Shown: one piece after another, positions 48,401 to 53,549 of the stretch
How positions within the stretch are numbered: the stretch's first letter is position 1
Layout of the letters: each line of letters opens with the position of its first letter
NCBI RefSeq assembly: GCF_001194135.2
Contig: NC_068981.1
Span: 35,883,912 to 35,937,460, forward strand
DNA from: Octopus bimaculoides
Lineage: Eukaryota
Length of the DNA: 53,549 bases
Direction of reading: 5' to 3'
Notes under the pieces: model-generated
The model's database searches: none
Seen by the model: only the letters and a program-made list of their open reading frames with translations
What the model was told of the DNA's origin: nothing
Position numbers and translations under genes: made by a program

Positions 48401-49825
48401 GAGATTGTCGAGAGTGTGTATTTATTGGAGTATCATGTTTAGTGGAGTATTTTGAAGTACATCATGTGAAGACATTTGTGTCTATCCCTGCTTCATGAAA
48501 TCTGTATATCCAACATATAGAAGGATGCAGAAGAAAAGTATCTATATTCTGAAAGAGATTTGCTTTTCCTTTTCTCTAACATAAAAATGGAGAGTCAACT
48601 GAATGTTTCAGTAGTTTTATAAAACATAGCATGTGTATCATTCTAAAAGTCAGAATTTATAAGAATCTAAAAGCAAGTAAGATTTAAACATAATTCTGTC
48701 TGTATGGAAACCTCTAAGAAAAACAAAAATCACATTTGAGAATAAAATTTAGTTTGGAAATGTCTTTTTCATATAAGAACCTAAAATACTTAATATTTTA
48801 ATGTGTTACTGAAGTAAGAATTTATTTAGGTCTGGGAAGTATAAGTAAAGAATATATTTCACTGAGTAGATTTAATAATATTGTAACATGCCTAAAGTTG
48901 CCACTGTAGTCACTAAACATTAGACTCCCTCCATACTGTATACTCACATTAGGTTTTGGAGTTATCTCCCTTACTTTTCTTGGCCAGAATTAATCATCTA
49001 GATATTGTTCTATTTTTTTTTTATTATACAGCAAGTATAATTTTAATTTTATTGTTTTATCCTTTTATCATCTTTAATCGTTTTATTCAATGGACTATGG
49101 TCATGTTGGGGAACCACCTTCAAAGATTTTCAGTTGATCATATCAATCCAAGAACTCATCTCTGTTTGGTTCTTATTCTGCTGGGTACACCTGTACCCTA
49201 TGAGTAGAATAGGTAAGAGAAAATGTGCAAAATCTGCCAGGCATATGCATACACAGTTACTGTGCCTTTCTTTGCAAATGGTTACAGTTTTGTGGATCAC
49301 TACATTAAGTCTGTTAACTCAGACTTAAAGCATTTCATACATAATAGCTTGATACTTGATTGAAAGCTATTTTTTGAAATTTTTGTCAATTATAGAAAAT
49401 TGATACTAAGTAGCATTTAAAAGTTCAAAACCAATAAAAGAAAAGTGAATGGATACTTATAAAAAAATAGATGCTAGAGTGAATATCATTTAAAAATCTC
49501 TAACCTGTAATACAGCTTAAAAAGTGATTCAAGATTTTAGTTTGTTACATGATTCCCCTCTATTGTTATTTAGCTTCAATTACATCATTAATTCCCTTGA
49601 GAAAGTTGAGAATATCACACAATTGTATTCCCTTTTCTTCATAAGCATGATAGCACATACATATGAAAGAAATCGTGTTTAAAATCAATTAAAAGGACTG
49701 AAGGAAAATTAAATATCTCTTTGCTGGAAGAAGTTTTAGAGCAATTTTTTTCATGTGAGATTTTATATAAAAGACTTTTATCAAAATAGAATTTAACTGT
49801 CAGAGAAAGACGTGAAAAAGCTGTG

Positions 49826-49834
49826 AGCGAGTGA

Positions 49835-49902
<68 letters not shown>
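49826..49902. repeat. (GAGT)n(GT)n microsatellite
   Basis: Directly visible. Confidence 0.95.
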
Positions 49903-49906
<4 letters not shown>

Positions 49907-50325
49907 CCTTTCAACCAAAAAAACAAAAACAAAAACCTAAGAATATGAAAGTAACTTCATAGAGAAAAGCATTAAATACTTAATCTTAACTGTTTCACCC
50001 TTTTACTACTAAGGGTGTACCTTATTTTCAAGTTATTGACATGACTACTATTCTTTGTTAGAATGAGCAAATTACAAATTAGTTATCAAAGAAATAAACT
50101 AAATTATCCAGACTGATTAAAACAGATTTATTTCTAAATTAAAGATTATTTATTTATTTATTATTTCTTTTGTTATATATTTATTGCCATTGATTTCCTT
50201 TTTGATCAATGTAAACCCCACCTTTTGTGTATTGCATTTCATCCTTTGATATTGTTCTCAAAATGTTGAGTCTTTGTCACCAATAAAAAATATCATCATC
50301 ATCATCATCATCATCATTATTATTA

Positions 50326-50504
50326 AGGTGGTGAGCTGGCAGAATCATTAGCACACTGGGTGAAATGCTTAGTGGGATTTCGTTGTTGCTATGCCTTCCA
50401 TCCTTTCAGGGTCAATAAATTAAGTACCAGTGAAACATTTGAGTTGATGCAATCGACTAGCCCCCTCCCACAAAATTTTAGGCCTTGTGCTGATAGTAGA
50501 AAAG

Positions 50505-50534
<30 letters not shown>
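50326..50534 (+). mobile_element. SINE family B with B-box region deleted, (TTA)n tail
   Basis: AGGTGGTGAGCTGGCAGAATCATTAGCAC..GCCTTCCATCCTTTCAGGGTCAATAAATTAAGTACCAG..GGCCTTGTGCTGATAGTAGAAAAG(ATT)n. Confidence 0.9.
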
Positions 50535-50535
<1 letters not shown>

Positions 50536-50542
50536 GGAGGAG

Positions 50543-50630
50543 GAGGTAAGCTGACAGAATCATGAGCACATTGGACAAAGTGCTGCTAAGCATTTTCTCT
50601 TAACCTTTACATCCTGAGTTCAAATGGCAC
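50543..50630 (+). mobile_element. SINE family B head only
   Basis: GAGGTAAGCTGACAGAATCATGAGCAC..TTTACATCCTGAGTTCAAAT. Confidence 0.7.
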
Positions 50631-50727
50631 AAGGAATTTTAGTATTTTGTTTATTGTATACAGTATGTGTAATGTGAGTTGTATGATTGAAATTTATGTT
50701 TCAGTGTTAAATAGTGATTGTGTTGTG

Positions 50728-51034
50728 CAGTGGTTCTCAACCAGTGTCATGTGATCCCTGGGGCAAAATAGTAAATTGGGGATCCACAGGGTTCATGCAA
50801 AAAAGATACAGCTAAACTTCTTTCTCTACTGTTTTATATAGTTCATCATCTTTCCAGTCACTGAAAGAGAGTACAATTGCAAACCTTCACAAGTGAATGA
50901 GTGGAAAACAAAATAGAAACTTTGAAAGAAATGCTTATAAAACTAGTTTTTAGACATGGTCTAGCTATAGGAGTCCACCAAGATAAGATAGTAACCAAAG
51001 GGGTCCAGAGGTAAAAAATGGTTGAGAATCACTG
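50728..51034. mobile_element. hAT (Charlie-like) MITE, 307 bp
   Basis: 15-bp terminal inverted repeats CAGTGGTTCTCAACC / GGTTGAGAATCACTG (1 mismatch); 8-bp flanks GTGTTGTG / GTATAGAG match 5 of 8. Confidence 0.8.
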
Positions 51035-51259
51035 GTATAGAGTATATAGCATATAGATTATGCGATGCTAATGAATAACAACTATAGAAGATGAGTTGTT
51101 GATAACAAGATTATGCCTTTTGTTATTTATTCTGTAACATTGTGAGTTCTAATATGAATTATATTCGTTTTGTTTACTATATGGGATGGTTGAACACAAG
51201 GTTCACACTGAAGAAGACTGGTAGTGACATTCACACTTAACTTGTCATCACTTTTATAG

Positions 51260-51276
51260 CACAGTGTATGCAGATG
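51260..51276 (+). CDS. Candidate 17-nt microexon (AQCMQM)
   Basis: cttaac branch-like motif, tcatcacttttatag acceptor, ATG|gtgagc donor. Confidence 0.15.
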
Positions 51277-51411
51277 GTGAGCACAGAGGTAATCAGAAAC
51301 AAAAGATTAATTTACTTGTTTGTGTAATTAAAAAGAACAAATTAAATGTCTTACTATATTGTAAAGCATTTTGCTCACCCTTGTTTTTATAAAATTTTGC
51401 ATATACATTAC

Positions 51412-51412
<1 letters not shown>

Positions 51413-51465
<53 letters not shown>
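51413..51465. repeat. (ATT)n microsatellite
   Basis: Directly visible. Confidence 0.95.
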
Positions 51466-51467
<2 letters not shown>

Positions 51468-51983
51468 AAATACCAACATAAATGTTACAGAATTTCCTGC
51501 TAATGCCAACATGGTGAATTAGAATCATGCTAAATACCATTTAAATTACAAATGTTAATTTTTTATTGTAACACTGCCAATGCCAAAATTATAAAATAAA
51601 TTCACATGCATTCTATGAATATTTCAAAAACCAAATACTTTAAAAGTCTTATAGTATACTGAGTCTGCTTTTATGCATTTTAGAATTATATATATAAATG
51701 CTTGCTTTTATGTAGTACTGTCTTTCTATCTGTTGGTTTATATATGCATGCATGTATATAACTGTAAGTAAGTATATGTGTGTACATGTATACAATAAAC
51801 ACAAATACACTATAGAAATAACTTTTTTCATTACATATGTGCTAAATTATCTAAGAGGTTGCTAATGCATATTAATATCAATTATATATCCTATCTGTTC
51901 TACCAAATGCCTAGGAATCTGAAAAGCATTATTCATGATTTAAAAAAATGTATATAATAGAAGCCATTAAATATACATACATA

Positions 51984-52057
<74 letters not shown>

Positions 52058-52583
52058 CATACATGATTGTATTTATATATGTATACACAAATGTGTGTGT
52101 ATATATATATATATATATACTAATAGATGTATGTAATGTATGTTTAAAAATATATTACTAATATAGGTGCATGCTATTTAAAAAAAAAATAATATATCCA
52201 TTTACATACAACTACTATGTATGTATGTATGTATGATTGTATGTACATAGGTATGTATGTACGTACTTATTATGTATATATCTCAGTTGTAAGTAAGAAT
52301 TATATGTATATGCTTACATACATTCTCACAAAACAAATATATAATGGATGCACAAATGTGTATTACACAGACACATATACACGCAAGCACACACACATTT
52401 ACACACACAAACATACACAAGCTTTTTTTGAAAGCTGAAGTTTCATAAAAAGATATTGTATATATGTATACAAAAAAATTTTTAGATAATCATACATATA
52501 TTAAGATGCATGTATGCATACATAGAAACATAGATACGTGTGTATACACATATATGTGTGTGTGTATATATAACTTTATACAG

Positions 52584-52616
<33 letters not shown>

Positions 52617-52939
52617 ATGCTGTGTGTACACTTACATAAACTGAGTATCTTGAAATAATTATCTCCTACAGATTAAGAATCTATTTAATCCTTTGAGTCT
52701 TATAAACTACTAATGCCTTATAACTAAAAGTGTGTCTGTTAAAGTATCATTTGATCAACCAATGCTGTAATACTTTCAAATACATTTTAATTATTGCATA
52801 TGATAAGCCATTACTCTAATGCCATCTGTGTTTGAATTCTTTTGAAAATAGGAACATTATGACTTTACAATTCCTTCTTTTTCAACATGTTTGCAACTAA
52901 AATACACGCCTAAGCATATAAATGGCCTTTCGATAAGTG

Positions 52940-53020
52940 CTTAAGAGGCATGCTATGAAACCACATGGTTTTGAGTTCAGTCCCACTTCATGGCACCTTG
53001 GACAAATGTCTTTTATAATG
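52940..53020 (+). mobile_element. Family D SINE head fragment
   Basis: AACCACATGGTTTTGAGTTCAGTCCCACTTCATGGCACCTTGGACAAATGTCTT. Confidence 0.75.
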
Positions 53021-53029
53021 ACCCCAATA

Positions 53030-53071
53030 GATATGTGTGTATATATATGTGTGTGTGTATATACATGTGTG

Positions 53072-53149
<78 letters not shown>

Positions 53150-53392
53150 TATATATATATGTATATATATATAAGTTTATATATATGTATATATATATAA
53201 GTTTATATATATGTATATATATATATGTATATATACATATATATATAAGTATATATATATGTATATATATATATATATATGTATATATATACATATGCAT
53301 ACATGTATATATAAGTACATGTATATATATACATATACATACATATACATACATATCTATATATATATGGATATATGTATATATATATGTAT
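53030..53392. repeat. Complex (TA)n-derived compound microsatellite
   Basis: Directly visible; TA runs interrupted by recurring G/C/AAGT variants. Confidence 0.95.
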
Positions 53393-53429
53393 CATCATTA
53401 TGGATCACTAGCCACTACACATTCTTTAT

Positions 53430-53549
53430 TTTCTCTCCTTGTTTCTTTCTGTGTTCCTTTCTGTGGAAGAGCGTAGGCTCAAAATGTTAAAGACATTTTC
53501 ACTTCCCGAGCATTGAACTAATACACTAATACATCTGTTTGTTGTCTAC
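53430..53549 (+). mobile_element. Dispersed repeat, possibly Penelope-type terminal sequence (runs off window)
   Basis: CTGTGGAA-GAGC GTAG GCTC-AAAATGTT has a hairpin placed like stem II of a degenerate hammerhead; family assignment is from memory. Confidence 0.35.

Noticed and set aside
49138-49211. Exon candidate with TAG|gtaaga donor
   Set aside because: Sequence resembles a decayed minus-strand family B SINE
53013-53490. YI/HT/CV-rich ORFs here and throughout the window
   Set aside because: Translations of (TA)n, (CA)n and (TG)n microsatellites

Overview
AT-rich, CpG-poor eukaryotic genomic DNA from a draft assembly with five N-gaps. The microsatellite load and the SINE/LINE families resemble those I recall from octopus (coleoid cephalopod) genomes; this is recognition, not a database result. 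No protein-coding gene can be called with confidence. Nearly all ORFs in the supplied track are artefacts of (TA)n/(CA)n/(ACT)n repeats, N-gaps or purine tracts. The window reads as one or more long introns or intergenic space filled with transposon relics: an RTE LINE endonuclease fragment (19.2-20.4 kb), RTE 3' ends, an R4/Dong-type LINE 3' end (23.7-24.5 kb), a CR1/L2-group RT relic (42.6-43.0 kb), an internally deleted DD37D maT transposon (25.7-26.4 kb), a mariner MITE, a hAT MITE and about 25 copies of several tRNA-derived SINE families. A few short segments have good splice sites and could be exons of a large host gene, but they cannot be chained or identified. The most unusual items are a 49-nt palindrome carrying a hammerhead-ribozyme core, a duplicated transposon end, a 24-bp minisatellite inside a LINE 3' UTR, a 67-bp local direct repeat, and AG|GT recursive-splice-like sites. 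I found no convincing novel multi-gene system, no CRISPR array and no rRNA or tRNA gene.
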